A stretch of DNA of 63,349 nt, filler included, from Diploschistes diacapsis (GCA_023645945.1; 19 parts of 19 records of this genome joined end to end with filler, not necessarily neighbours in it), one strand, 5' to 3'. Shown: positions 23,388-36,750, counted from the whole stretch's first letter. Numbers and translations are program-made. The notes: a model not told the origin generated them from the sequence alone.

Positions 23388-26300
23388 ATGGCGGAACAAG
23401 GGCCTGAAAGACCTGCGCCGGAGCCATTGCCCGGCACATGGCCCACGGAAAGCTTCAAGGAAGAATATTTACATCCTCACAGCGTCACCGGGCAGGACAT
23501 CGAGTCGACAGGAAGTGCGGCAGAGCGTAGCTTTCTGCTATCAGACGATGCAGTGCCTGCAGGCACAGAAGGCTTTGGAGGCACTCATTTATCCTTCTCA
23601 GGAGATTCCCTGAGCGAGCTGAATACGGTAGAGCGAGTGTCCAACACGCCTGGCTCCGATACTACTCTCAAAGAAGTCGAAGCTCTCCAGACTGATAGAA
23701 CCGATAGCCAGCATCCGAGCAATGCCGTGATACCTGGACACGATACAATGGACTACTATAATTCAGGTAAAGACAAGTTTGCTGCGAGGGACAAAGATAA
23801 TGTGTCGAGCTTTGCCTCAGAAGCCGGCAATTATGAACCCATCAGGACGAATCAGACTCGCCCAACGCTTGCCAAACAGGGATCCAAAGCTCAGGCTCAA
23901 GAAGAGATGTTCGGTACCCTGTCCCGAAAATGGACAAAGGCAAGCGAGCGTCAAGGCTCCTATGCCGGTTCAGTGGAGGACCAGGAAGACCAAGAGGAGA
24001 TCCAGCGCTTGATGTCTCGTATGTTTGGTGCGAATAGGAAGGCCCAGTCGGAAGACGAAAAGACAAGGCACGTGGGCGTCATCTGGAAGCATCTCACCGT
24101 GAAGGGAATAGGGCTGGGCGCAGCCTTGCAGCCTACCATCGGAGACCCGTTCCTTGCTCCTTTCAGGCTACTCAGAGGTCTCTTCAGCAAGTCACATCGA
24201 GTGGGCGGCAAGCCTCCAGTACGGACCCTGTTGAACGACTTTAGCGGTTGCGTACGACCCGGAGAGATGTTGCTGGTGCTTGGTAGGCCGGGAGCTGGCT
24301 GTTCCACGTTCCTCAAGATGTTCGGCAACCAGAGATTTGGCTACAAGGAAATCAAGGGCGACGTGACCTACGGAGGCACTTCGGCAGAGAAAATGGGCAA
24401 GAACTTCAGGGGGGAGGTTCTTTATAATCCCGAGGATGACCTTCATTATGCGACCCTAAGCGTTAAGAACACCTTACAGTTTGCACTGAAGACAAAAACT
24501 CCGGGCAAAGCATCCAGAAACGAGGGCGAATCTCGCTCAGACTACGTGAGAGAGTTTTTGCGCGTAGTTACGAAGCTCTTCTGGATCGAGCATACCTTGA
24601 ATACCAAGGTTGGCAACGAGTACGTGCGTGGAGTTTCTGGTGGCGAAAAGAAGCGGGTCAGTATCGCAGAGGCCATGATCACCAGGGCTTCTTGTCAGGC
24701 GTGGGACAATTCGACAAGAGGTCTCGACGCATCTACTGCACTTGAATATGTACAGGCCATTCGAACGCTTACCAACATGGCTCAAATCTCGACGGCTGTC
24801 GCGCTGTACCAAGCTGGAGAGTCCCTGTTCGACCTTTTCGACAAGGTAGTTTTCGGTAGTGCATCCCGTTAGTTATCAAAAGCTTATAAATTACAGGTGA
24901 TCTTGATTGAAGAGGGCCGCTGCCTTTACTTTGGTCCAACAGAAAACGCAGCTGCGTACTTTGAAGGCCTCGGATTTCAAAGGCCAGCTCGCTGGAATAC
25001 TGCAGATTTCCTGACCAGCGTCACGGATCCTCACGAGCGTCAAGTCCGCGAGGGCTGGGAGGAACGCATACCACGCTCGAGCGAGCAGTTCGAAGCAGCG
25101 TTCGCAAAGAGCCTCTTGCAGGAGCAGAACATGGCAGACATTGCGAATTTCGAGGAGAGCCTGGAGGCTCAGCGCCGCGAACGACAGGCTGCAAGCTCCA
25201 AAGCTACGAAAAAGAAGAACTACTCGTTGCCCTTCCACAAGCAGGTCCTTGCTTGCACTCAACGTCAAGCTCTGGTCATGATTGGCGACAAGCAGTCTCT
25301 TGGTGGAAAATGGGGTGGTGTCTTGTTTCAATCCTTGATAGTGGGCTCGCTGTTCTACAACTTGCCGGATTCATCGAGCGGAGTGTGAGTTGATGGGCTT
25401 ACCGGCTATCGCTCCCAGCTGACCGCGACAGGTTCCCTCGAGGAGGTGTCCTTTTCTTTATGCTTCTTTTCAACGCACTGCTTGCCCTCTCCGAACTCAC
25501 GGCTGCCTTCTCGTCCCGGCCTATCATGCTGAAACATAAGTCCTTGTATGGTCCGGTCCAAGGAGTAGACCTTCCCGTTGCTGACAGAAAACAGTTCGTT
25601 CTATCGCCCGGCAGCCTACGCTCTAGCGCAGACAGTCATCGATGTTCCACTAGTGTTCGTTCAAGTATTCCTATTTGATATCGTAGTGTATTTCATGGCC
25701 GGTCTCGCACGAACACCCAGCCAGTTCTTCATCAGTTTGCTTCTCCTTTTCTTCCTGACCATGACAATGTACGCCTTCTTCCGCGCCATCGGAGCACTAG
25801 TGTCTTCTCTGGATGTTGCTACCAGGATTACGGGTGTTGCGATTCAGGCTTTGATCACGTGTAGGTCAAGCGCCATCGAGTAATTGGATCGTTGGAACTG
25901 ACAACGGTTTGACAGATACTGGTTACCTTATACCTCCAAATTCAATGCATCCCTGGTTCAAGGTAAGCTCCTTCTTTCCTTGGCAGGGTCCGCCCCCCCG
26001 GCCCCTGACGTCTTCCAGTGGCTCATGTACATCAACCCCGTTGCATACGGCTTCGAGGCGTTGATGGCAAATGAATTCTACGACCTCAACATCCAATGCC
26101 AGCCTCCGTACCTTGTCCCAATCGGCCCTGGGGTGACACCGCAGCACCAGTCATGTCTTATCCAAGGCTCTCGACCCGGACAGACGACTGTCAGTGGATC
26201 AGATTACGTCAACGTTGCTTTCAGCTACACGCGCGATCATCTTTGGCGCAATGTCGGCATCATCATCGCTTTCTTCGTCTTCTTTGTACTGCTCACTATG

Positions 26301-28665
26301 ATTGGTATGGAGATTCAAAAGCCGAACGCTGGAGGCGGCGCTGTTACCATCTTCAAGCGAGGTCAGGCCCCGAGGTCTGTGGAAAAAGCAATGCAGAAAG
26401 GAGGCGTGGCGGGAGACGAGGAAAAGGTCGATGATGCTGCGGAGAAGAGCCTCGAGGATGAATCGAGCCGCTCTGAAACCGAGAAGGGGGCACAAGGTAT
26501 AGCGAAGAACGACACAATCTTCACTTTCCAGGACATTAGCTACGAGATCCCTGTGAAGGAAGGGAGGAGGCAGCTACTACGAGACGTGCAGGGCTTTGTT
26601 CGGCCCGGCAGGCTGACTGCGCTGATGGGAGCCTCGGGCGCTGGGAAAACCACGCTGCTCAACACCCTTGCACAAAGAATCGACTTTGGCGTCATTGCGG
26701 GCGATTTCCTGGTGGATGGGAGACCTCTGCCGAAGTCCTTCCAGCGGGCCACTGGCTTTGCGGAGCAGATGGACGTCCACGAGCCCACGGCAACGGTGCG
26801 AGAGGCCTTGCGCTTCTCCGCTCTGTTGAGACAGCCAAAGGAGGTGACGGTTCAAGAAAAGTACGATTACTGCGAAACCATCATCGACCTGCTGGAGATG
26901 CGCAGCATTGCTGGCGCATTAATAGGTACGATCGGCGAGGGTCTGAACCAAGAACAGAGAAAGAGATTGACCATTGGCGTGGAGCTGGCGAGCAAGCCCG
27001 AGCTACTCATGTTTCTCGACGAGCCAACGAGCGGGCTTGATTCAGGAGCTGCCTTCAACATCATCAGATTCCTTCGAAAGCTGGCCGATGCTGGCCAAGC
27101 CATTCTCTGCACGATCCACCAGCCTTCTTCCGTTCTTTTCGAGCATTTCGACGAGCTCATCCTACTGAAGTCCGGAGGCCGCATCGTCTACCACGGCGAG
27201 CTTGGTAAAGGCTCCCGGACGCTGATCGAATACTTCGAGAGCAATGGGGCCAAACATTGCCCTTCCGAAGCCAATCCAGCCGAGTACATGCTGGAAGCCA
27301 TAGGTGCGGGAGATCCCAACTACAAAGGCAAAGACTGGGGCGACGTCTGGGCCGCTTCGTCAGAGCATGAGGCCCGAACGAGGGAGATCCAGGACATGAT
27401 CGCCAGCCGCCAGCGGGTCACAACAGGCAGCAAGACGGACGACAGCCGCGAGTACGCCATGTCCATGGGCACGCAGGTTCTCGCCGTGATCAAGCGCGAC
27501 TTCGTCTCCTACTTCCGCACGCCAGACTACCTCATCGGCAAATTCGTGCTGCACATCTTCACCGGCCTCTTCAACGGCTTCACCTTCTGGCGCGCCGGCA
27601 ACTCCACCATCGACATGCAGTCCCGCCTCTTCTCCGTCTTCATGACCCTCACAATCGCCCCTCCCCTGATCCAGCAACTCCAGCCCAGATACCTCGGCTT
27701 CCGCCAAGTTTACCAGGCCCGCGAGCGCAACAGCAAGATCTATTCCTGGTTCGCCTTCACCGTCGGCGCCGTCCTCGTCGAACTCCCCTACTCCGCCCTC
27801 GCCGGCACCCTCTACATGTTCACCTGGTGGTGGACCTCCATCGGCTGGCCCGGCGCGAACCGCACATCGCTCGAGGTTGCCTACGTCTGGCTCATGCTGA
27901 TGCTGTTCGAGATGTACTACGTCGGCTTCGGCCAGGCCATCGCGTCCTTCTCGCCCAACCAGCTGCTGGCTTCGTTGCTGGTGCCCGTCTTTTTGCTGTT
28001 TGTGCTCAGTTTCGCTGGGGTCGTCATGCCGTACGCGGCCCTCCCGCATTTCTGGCAGAGCTGGATGTACTGGCTCAGCCCGTTCCGGTACCTGCTCGAG
28101 GGCTTGCTGGCGGCGGCCGTGCATGGCGTGCCGGTGCAGTGCTCCGATAACGAATTTGCGCGGTTCGCGCCGCCGAGCGGGGTGAGTTGCAAGCAGTATA
28201 CGAAGGCGTATGTGGCGGAGGTGGGCGGGTACGTGCAGACGGCGGCGGACGGGATGTGCGAGTTTTGCCAGTATGCGAACGGGGACGAGTTTGTGAGTTT
28301 TTCCCATTTCCCATTTCCAAAAACGTTCACCACCTTTTTACCGCGGCCGTTTCCCCCGACCTTATCCCCCCCCCCTCGCCATACCCACAACGCCCATCCT
28401 TTACTTTGGGAACGAAACACTGGCTAACCGTCACTCCGTTATCGCAAACCAGGCCGCCGGCTTCAACGTCTACTACGCCAACATCTGGCGCAACTACGGC
28501 ATCTTCTGGGCCTTTGTCCTCTTCAACTTCGCCCTCGTCTTTCTGTGCTCGTACCTCTATCTCAGTGGGGGAAAGAGGGCCAAGGCTGTTTTCTCCGGTA
28601 GGAAGGGGGGCGTGAGGAAGAATGAGAGGGAGAGAAAGGGAGAGGCGCAGGGGGAGAAGGCATAG
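23388..28665 (+). CDS. atrF: ABCG/PDR-type multidrug ABC transporter, AtrF-like; exons 23388-24845, 24897-25384, 25432-25545, 25595-25860, 25916-25962, 26019-28292, 28453-28665
   Basis: NBD1 has GRPGAGCST, VSGGEKKRVSIAE and WDNSTRGLD. NBD2 has GASGAGKT, LNQEQRKRLTIGVEL and LDEPTSGLD. PDR TMDs are present and six GT-AG introns restore the frame. The symbol rests on recalled similarity. Confidence 0.93.
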
Positions 28666-28871
28666 AATAGAGGCTCAGGCACGAGGAATGGAGCTTGTGC
28701 TTGTAATAGAGTCGGTATGTGAGATTCTTTGGGGAGTGGGGGCGGATATTTAATATTGGAAAAGGAGGGGGNNNNNNNNNNNNNNNNNNNNNNNNNNNNN
28801 NNNNNNNNNNNNNNNTTAATTAATTAANNNNNNNNNNNNNNNNNNNNNNNNNNNNNNNNNNNNNNNNNNNN

Positions 28872-30121
28872 TTAAGTTATTGCTGGACGGAGGAGCTGAA
28901 CCAAATTTGAAAGATTCTGATGAAATGACGGCCTTGCATCAGGCAGCCAAAAATGGCCACGATCAAGTGGTTAAGTTATTGCTGGACGGAGGAGCTGAGC
29001 TAAATTTAAAAGACTCATTGAAAAAGACGGCCTTGCATTACGCAGCAGAAAAGGGCCACGATCAAGTGATCAAGTTATTGTTGGATGGAGGAGCTGAGCC
29101 AAATTTGAAAGGTCCTATTGAATGGACGGCCTTGCATTACGCAGCAGAAAATCGCCACGATCAAGTGATTAAGTTATTGCTGGACGGAGGAGCTGAGCCA
29201 AATTTGAAAGATTATACTGAAAATACGGCCTTATATTACGCAGCACGATTGGGCCACGGTCAAGTGGTTAAATTATTGTTGGACGGAGGAGCTGAGCCAA
29301 ATTTAAAAGATTCTATCGAAGGGACAGCCTTGCATTACGCAGCAAAAAATGGCGACGATCAAATGATTAAGGTATTGCTGGACGGAGGAGCTGAGCTAAA
29401 TTTAAAAGACTCATTGAAAAAGACGGCCTTGCATTACGCAGCAGAAAAGGGCCACGATCAAGTGGTCAAGTTATTGCTAGATGGAGGAGCTGGTGTAAAT
29501 GTCGTCACAGACGATGGTCGCACTGTGCTTCACTACGCTGTCAAGAATGGAGACCCCACAGTAGTCCAAACACTTTTAGATCGTATGGCCGATCCGAACC
29601 TGAAAAATGAAGTTGGCGACACAACTTTGATGTATGCGACCTGGTTCGGAAACCTACGAGTCATCCATCAGCTTCTTGATAAAGGAGCAGAGCTGAACTC
29701 GAAAGACCTTAAGGGAAATTCAGCACTGCACCATGCAGCGCGAATGGGCAGGAGCGACATGGTTGAACAGCTGTTGCACCGTGGAGCAAAGATTGACATC
29801 AAGGCTCTAAATGGACACACGCCTCTGGACGATGCATTAATAGGACTCGGAAATATACAGAAGACGCTGACCCTAAGACAAGTGTCAGTGCTAACACAAC
29901 TGTCAGGGGGGGAATTGGACCAGCTACAGAGGTGGCTGGGAAGGTATGATGCATACAGGCTAGAAAAACCGTCACAGTCGGAATGGGGCGGGCTACACAG
30001 CCAGCTAGAGAGGGAGCTACAGGAGGAGCGGCAACGGTATGATGAGACGGTGCAGCTGCTACGGGAGCACGGAGCAAAGCGAGGATCATTAATCTCGCAA
30101 GAGGGTTCGGAAGCACTCTAA
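28872..30121 (+). CDS. Ankyrin-repeat protein C-terminus (5' truncated), probably the sensor domain of a fungal NLR
   Basis: About 10 ANK repeats; the first six are near-identical 99-bp units (LLLDGGAEPNLKD....TALH.AA..GH.QV.K). Stop at 30119-30121. Confidence 0.9.
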
Positions 30122-30654
30122 AAGGTAGGGCCTTATCAAGGCCTATGTTTACAGTGCTCTCCAAGCGACTCGAGCAAATTGAAGACCCCCATACTGAACC
30201 GTACTCTCACGTCAAGTTTATATCATGAGATAACATGCCTTAATATATGCCCAAGTTGCGCTGCCAACCCCTTCTAATCTACAGGGCCTTCCGTTTTCCT
30301 ACACCTAGATTAAGCAAGCTCGGATCGCTTGCAGCTTGTTATTCGTCTTCAGACTAAAGAGAACCCGATTTAGGAATATGATCTTTGACCCCAGGCAAGC
30401 TTTTGAACGGCGGATGTTGGATAGTCTCTCACAGGTATACAAGTCTGTACCTGGTCTCGTCTACTCGTGGCGACAGCCAATGCCGTATGGACGCTGAAAG
30501 CATTACTGGCGAGGTAGTTGTTCTGTAGCAGCGATCAAAGGCCTACGCCATACTAGAAGAGTGCTAAAGGGATACGCGGGAGCGTTCAAAGATAGCCCGC
30601 TGGGCGAGACTGGAGGGGGGAATGGTTCTTAGTCTTCCATCCTTCTCTCTCTCA

Positions 30655-30805
30655 TCTAATATCATGTGTCTGGCGACACATGATGTCGCCCTCCAGGTTC
30701 CTAAGCGAAGCAGTAAGTATTAAGTAAAAAACCTAGGCTTAAAAAACTGTGTAGGTTTATTGGGGGTTGCACCCCCAAACCCCGGCTTTTTTTATTTTTG
30801 GGGAT
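30655..30805 (+). mobile_element. Terminus of a hairpin-rich non-coding repeat family (second copy at about 57195-57487, reverse)
   Basis: Starts TCTAATATCATGTGTC-TGGC-GACACATGAT (10-bp perfect stem), then GCGAAGC and GGGGGTTGCACCCCC. Interrupted by an LTR at 30806. Confidence 0.55.
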
Positions 30806-30944
30806 TGTCAGATTATTAACCTAAATGGGTTAGTCTATCTGACTAGTTAACACTAGTAGGACCCTGAAGGTTCTTTAACCCTTCAGGACACGCCATTAAC
30901 AACTGTTGAACATCCTACTAACTATAGTCAAACATCCTACTAGT
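30806..30944 (+). mobile_element. LTR 5' part (same family as the solo LTR at 53720-54260)
   Basis: TGTCAGATTATTAACCTAAATGGGTTAGTC matches 53720 onward. Confidence 0.85.
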
Positions 30945-31044
30945 NNNNNNNNNNNNNNNNNNNNNNNNNNNNNNNNNNNNNNNNNNNNTTAATTAATTAA
31001 NNNNNNNNNNNNNNNNNNNNNNNNNNNNNNNNNNNNNNNNNNNN

Positions 31045-31405
31045 ACATTTAATAAACGAAAAAAGATTTAAAGAACGTATATAGAAATTAAAAAATTATT
31101 TAACGTATTAGAAGTAATCGCATCACAATCTTTAAAAATCGAAATTCATATAAAAAAGATTAATATATTTAAAAATAAAAGTCGTACGAAAAAAATCGGA
31201 TTACGCGTACGACATTATAATAAATATAATTAATTCGGGTATAATAGGCGAACTTACGAAATAGAATTTATAACTTTTAAAAAAGATATTAATAATTAAT
31301 ATAATAAATTATCGTACGTATTGATTGCGCAAATATAATTATAACTCGTACGAATCGAGAAGGATGTCCGCTCGCTATGAGTGTCCGCTCGCTATGCATA
31401 TACGT
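31045..31405 (+). mobile_element. Second Fot1/Aft1-like family, 3' end, RIP-degraded
   Basis: TIR TGTCCGCTCGCTATGAGTGTCCGCTCGCTATGCATATACGT followed by TA; the same TIR ends at 50727. Confidence 0.8.
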
Positions 31406-31549
31406 TAACGACTATTTACAGGCCTTAAAATTATAATAATATATTAACATTCGAGACCTTATCCGCGTATATAAAGTATCTCGATCGATCATTATAAATC
31501 GATTTAATAAAGTTTAATTTCGTTTTAATAGTCACGAAACGATTTAAAG

Positions 31550-33112
31550 TAGGCTGGCCGTCACTGACACTGACACGGCCGTGTCAGTGACACGGATATT
31601 GATAGTGTCAGTGTCCGTGTTTTAGATTTTTTAGCTGCGGTGTCCGTGTCCCTGGATTTACGGAAGTGCAGTGTCCGTGTTAGTATCAATATTTTAAAAA
31701 TTTTAATTATAGTGTCCGTGTCCGTGCTTTTATTATAATGTAATATCCGTGTTAGTGTTCGTGTCGAGAAAATTTTTATTACGATGTTCGTATCCGTGTT
31801 TTTATTATAATATAGTGTCCGTGTTAATGTCCGTATTGAGAAAATTTTTATTACGGTATCCGTGTCCGTGCTTTTATTATAGTGTAATATCCGTGTTAAT
31901 GTTCGTGTTGAGAAAATTTTAGTTACGGTGTCCGTGTTCGTAAATATATTACGATATAATATCCGTATTAATGTCCGTGTCGAAAGATATTTGGTTATAA
32001 TATCCGTATCCGTGAATATATTACGATAATATAATATCCGTGTTTATAAAAAAATGGCCGAGAATATGGCGATAAATATAATAAATAATAATATTAATAT
32101 CGATATATTATAATTTATAAATATATAGAATTAATTTACGAATATTATCTATAACGGGTTTTTATATATAAAAGAATTATTTTAAAAGATATACGTATAA
32201 TTAAATTCTATGTTTACGATTTTTAGATTTACGTATTATGTCCTTTAATATAATTTACGAATGATCACGCTTTCGAACGTTATTTATAATTAAATAAAGT
32301 TCCTCTAAGTTATCTATAACGATTATTAGTTTTATATATGTAACCTATAACATCGTGAAAAATGAACGTAAGAAATAATACATATCCGATATTTAAAATG
32401 TTTCACTATCGTTACCCTTTTCTAAACCTTCGATTATCGAATCATAAACTAAAAAAAAAAATATATTATTCTATATAAAATCAAAATCCATTTCCTATAA
32501 TATCTCGACAGGATCAATCCCGCTAATGAATTCTTCTTCAGGTTCTAGATCGTCGGCCGTTTCAATATATTCTTCTTCCTCCTCTTCCTCGCGCGTAGAA
32601 TTAGGATCTTAGAATAAATAACGCCTTCACCGACTCGTAATACTAGAATCGTCGGGTTACCGTAGATAATATCCGATAACGAGAGTCTTACGAATGGCTA
32701 GATTATATAAACGAGATCGTCGATATGTAATAAAATCCCGACCGCGATTAAATACCCTCTCAACGTTAACCTCCGAAATTAAAACCGTTAAAACATCACG
32801 CGCCATTCGCGCCAACTCCGGAAATATCTGTTCGTTAATACGCCACCATTTAAGAAAATTAAGTTCCCTATCTTTATCATAGATCACGTTATCGTTTAAA
32901 TATTATAAAACTTGAATTCGTTTATTCCCTATAGTTCGTTTCGTCTGATAATTAATTCTAAAATTAACAAAAATTATTAAACCTAACGTAACGTTAAACG
33001 TTCTCGGTCGATAAGTATCAAGTTAATAATATTCTTTAAAAAAATCTATAAATTCCTTTTTATATCGACGTTGATATTTTTCACCACCTAAAGATTTATC
33101 CTTATTCTAATC
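31550..33112 (-). mobile_element. hAT transposon 3' portion, RIP-degraded, with transposase dimerisation-domain remnant (32657-32887)
   Basis: TIR TAGGCTGGCCGTCAC at 31550 and 72-bp subterminal repeats to about 32045. The remnant LKWWRINEQIFPELARMARDVL...VERVFNRGR...RRSRL is the hAT C-terminal motif. Confidence 0.9.
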
Positions 33113-33212
33113 NNNNNNNNNNNNNNNNNNNNNNNNNNNNNNNNNNNNNNNNNNNNTTAATTAATTAANNNNNNNNNNNNNNNNNNNNNNNNNNNNNNNN
33201 NNNNNNNNNNNN

Positions 33213-34954
33213 AGTTAATTATTCGATAAGACTTATTTTCGTAATCGTATATTATGCGGTCGCGGTCTTTTTAATAAATTTAATATATTATTTACGTAAT
33301 AATAGTATTTCGAGGACGTACGGGGTGAATTTTTCTTCTATAAAAGAATATATAGATCTAAATAGATCTATATAGGTAAATTTTAATCTAATCTTTTTTA
33401 ATAGCGCTCGCTAATATTAATTTTAGATTATTTAAAACCGTATTCGTTTATTACGTTTACGCCTTTCGCGTCTTTTTTTCTTTTATATCTGTTTGCGTAG
33501 AGCTTGAAGTTTTTTTATCGTTTATTACCGCGTTGTTGATAAAGCAGGTTATCGTTTTCGATAAAAGCATCCGTTATCTTTATGATAACGGATATTACGG
33601 TTTCTTTTTTTTCTTTGTTTACGCGTTAACTTATTTTTAAATTTACTTCTGTTCCGTCCCCGGTTGCTGTTCTCGCTACGCCGGCTGTTGTTCTCGCTGC
33701 GTCGGCTGTTATTCCCGGTAACGCCCTTGCCGTCGCCGTCGCCTTCGTCGTCGCCTTTTTTTTCGCCTCTTTCTCGGTTATTCGATTTCTCGGAATCGGA
33801 ACTCGCGTTACGTTTGCTTATATGGCGTATTATTCGGCGTTAAAGATCCCGAATATTATAAATCTTTTCTTTCTTTTTATCGTTTCGCTTTATTTTATTT
33901 ATTAATTTCTTTCTTTTTCTTTTAAGATATTTAATTATTCGTCGAGCGTCGACGTGAAATCCGTGTCCGTTCCGTTATCGTTCGTTTACTCGTTGGCGAG
34001 CTCTTTTCGTCGGTTTTTAATTATGGTAATTATGGTTTATTTGGCGCTAAGATAGAAGTCTAATAAATCTATTTTATCTTATAATTCTACCTTAATATAA
34101 ATTTTTAAAAATTTTAGGTTCGATATGTTAATACGTTTTTTAAATAAAAGCGTATTAACGCTATTTTTTCGCGAATATTCCTAAATTTTTTCTTCGGCGG
34201 TCTCGATAAAAGAAACATTACACCGACTTTTAATTCGGGAAAAAGAGAGAAAGGGATATTAAAAGAAACGCGCGAGGCGCTAAAAGGAATAGAAAAGGAA
34301 AGAGAAGTAAAAAGATACGGAAATGATAATAAACGTTACCGCATTTAATGTCAGCGTTTATTATTATTTAAATCGCAAAATTAAGAACCTAGAAGCGTAG
34401 GGGTAGGCGTCTTTGTTTATCCTTTACGTTTTATAGAGGTAGATACCTCGCCGGCGGCCTTTAAAGGCGCCTGATAATCTATTTTAGAGGTTTAAAATGG
34501 TAATTTATTTAAATCATTATTTTATTTCCTTATCTACGCGTCGGTGGAAAGCCATAAGGCTCTCCTCGACGCTTATCTACATTAGCAATCTCGCAGCGTA
34601 TACGACGTCTGCGGTTCTGTAAGCGGACGCTGTGAGATTTTTCGGATATACTTCCTAAAGAAGTAAGCAGCGCTCGGCGCCGAGACACGAGCTAACTACA
34701 ATAGCAAACTCACAGTCGCAGCGACAGGGTTGCTAAACCTCTCTATTATGCACCAAGGCTTCGCCGGCGTTAGAGTGTAACTCACATTCGGATTTGCGGG
34801 TGCTGGCGCAATCGTCAGCTGCTATAGAATCTAAGGGCGACAACAGGCTTCAAAACTGGAATGTAAACCTTCACTTACAGAATTCAAACCATTTTGTACC
34901 ATTTTACTCTGGTTACGTTAAGAAAATTTTTTAACCAATTTTTATAATATCATA
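33213..34954. mobile_element. Unclassified RIP-degraded repeat-derived sequence
   Basis: AT-rich, TpA-rich, CpG-retaining composition; no intact ORF; class not recognisable. Confidence 0.4.
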
Positions 34955-34956
34955 TA

Positions 34957-35277
34957 ACGTGTTTGACGGAGATTCCGGCCACCTTTAGATTCCGGTTACT
35001 TTAGATTATTATCATTCACGTTTTAAGGTTGTTAAATATAATAAACTTATCGTAATTAAAGTTTAATCGATTAAAACCAAGAAAATGTTAATTAAATAAA
35101 AGCGATCATAGTTTTTATAGATTATAAATCGGTTTAAAATTATTTAATTCGACTTTATTTGCGTCGTTATTTTACAATTTTCTTTATATTGCATAACATA
35201 CGTTCTCTTAATTCGATTTATTTATTCAATTCATATTTATTTAGATTCTTTCTATTTTTTAATTACACGTTCGTATG
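34957..35277 (-). mobile_element. Fot1-like element end, TIR variant A, diverged body
   Basis: TA then ACGTGTTTGACGGAGATTCCGGCCACCTTTAGATTCCGGTTAC. Confidence 0.75.
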
Positions 35278-35377
35278 NNNNNNNNNNNNNNNNNNNNNNN
35301 NNNNNNNNNNNNNNNNNNNNNTTAATTAATTAANNNNNNNNNNNNNNNNNNNNNNNNNNNNNNNNNNNNNNNNNNNN

Positions 35378-35411
<34 letters not shown>

Positions 35412-35485
35412 ATAGTAGTAGTAATAGTAATAGTAATAATAGTGTAGTGATAGTGATAGTAATAGTAATAGTAGTAGTGGTAGTA
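35378..35485. repeat. (AGT)n microsatellite, degenerate
   Basis: AGTAGTAGT... at contig start. Confidence 0.9.
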
Positions 35486-35717
35486 GGAATATAGGTTAGA
35501 AACGGGCTTATTCGAGTAGGCAGCTTAAAGCCCTTACCACTTCTGTAAAATCATAGAAAATATTCCGTTACCCTACGTCTTCGTCAAGTTTGGAATACAT
35601 TGGGATAACTGCGAGGTGTCTCAGAGCGCTAGAATGATGGGTGCAGCTTCATAATACATCTTTTATCTTCCCCGAAACACCCAGCTGAATTTTATCATTC
35701 CTTTGGGCCACTCGGAT

Positions 35718-36750
35718 ATGGCGGCAAGCGTGGGTACAAATATTTCTTATAGAATCCGGTCTACATGATTAACGTCTCGCATAGAGACCCAGCCGAATCG
35801 GTGTCCCCGTTAGGACGCCCTCACCTACAAAGTCTAGACTACCTATCGGAGGCGCTCAAAGGTCTCAGTCCATCAACAAGCAGCCGATCCCATCGCTTGC
35901 TCCACGAGAGCGCGTGCTATCCAAGTCCGCAGCAGATGCTTCAAAGCGATCAGAGTCAGCGAAGTTGAGGGCGGCCTCTCAAGTGAAAGCGGCCCCACAA
36001 GCGCGAAGGGCAAGCAAAGTGACCGACCAAAGTGATAAGGGAAAATCACTAGCCTTTGCGTACGCTCGAGAAACACTCGAGCCCAGACTAGAATTGCTGC
36101 ACACTCATGTAGTGCATCGGTCAAGCGACAGGGTTCAGAAAGAGTGGGAAGCCAATGGCCGTCAACATTACGAGAAGCAGTTCTCGGCTTTGCGAAAGAG
36201 AGACGAGGCATTGGACGAGAAGGAGATAGACTGGCTAGAGCAAAGGAACGCTGCTGCCATCCTTTGTTGGGCCAACCAGGCGGAAGGTATCACAATCGAG
36301 CAGAAGGTACAAAAGGCTTCAGCGATCATCGACAAAGTATGGAGGATGTCGGCCCCGGACGGCAAATACACCTTGGCAGTCCAAGCATTCGAGCACTGGC
36401 TCGAGATTGTGAGAGCAATTCAGCACCAGCGAGAAACTGGTCAAGGCGCTCGCGCAGGGACAGATGCTATTGAAGGGTTAGGTGATGGCTGGAAAGCGGA
36501 GATATTGGCGCTACAGAACACCATCATGAGTTCGGCAAGCGATATTCTCACACTGGGTGAGATTGCTGTGGAAAGCTCAGATCTGCAAAGGTGCATCACA
36601 ACAGTCTCGGAGTCGCTTACGCAAATGCTCGAGGAGTTGGAGCTCATTGCGCTCATTGAAGAACACACTGCCCAAGCGGAGCAGAAATGGATACAAGACT
36701 CAATCAACAGCATTGCCTCGGACCTCAGAGGTGGTTTGACGCTTGCCTAA
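35718..36750 (+). CDS. Hypothetical coiled-coil protein (325 aa); exons 35718-35729, 35785-36750
   Basis: ATGGCGGCAAGC, then intron 35730-35784 (GTGGGT...TTAAC...TAG), joins an open frame RPSRIGVPVRTPSPTKSRLP... continuous with the 278-aa ORF. Confidence 0.75.
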
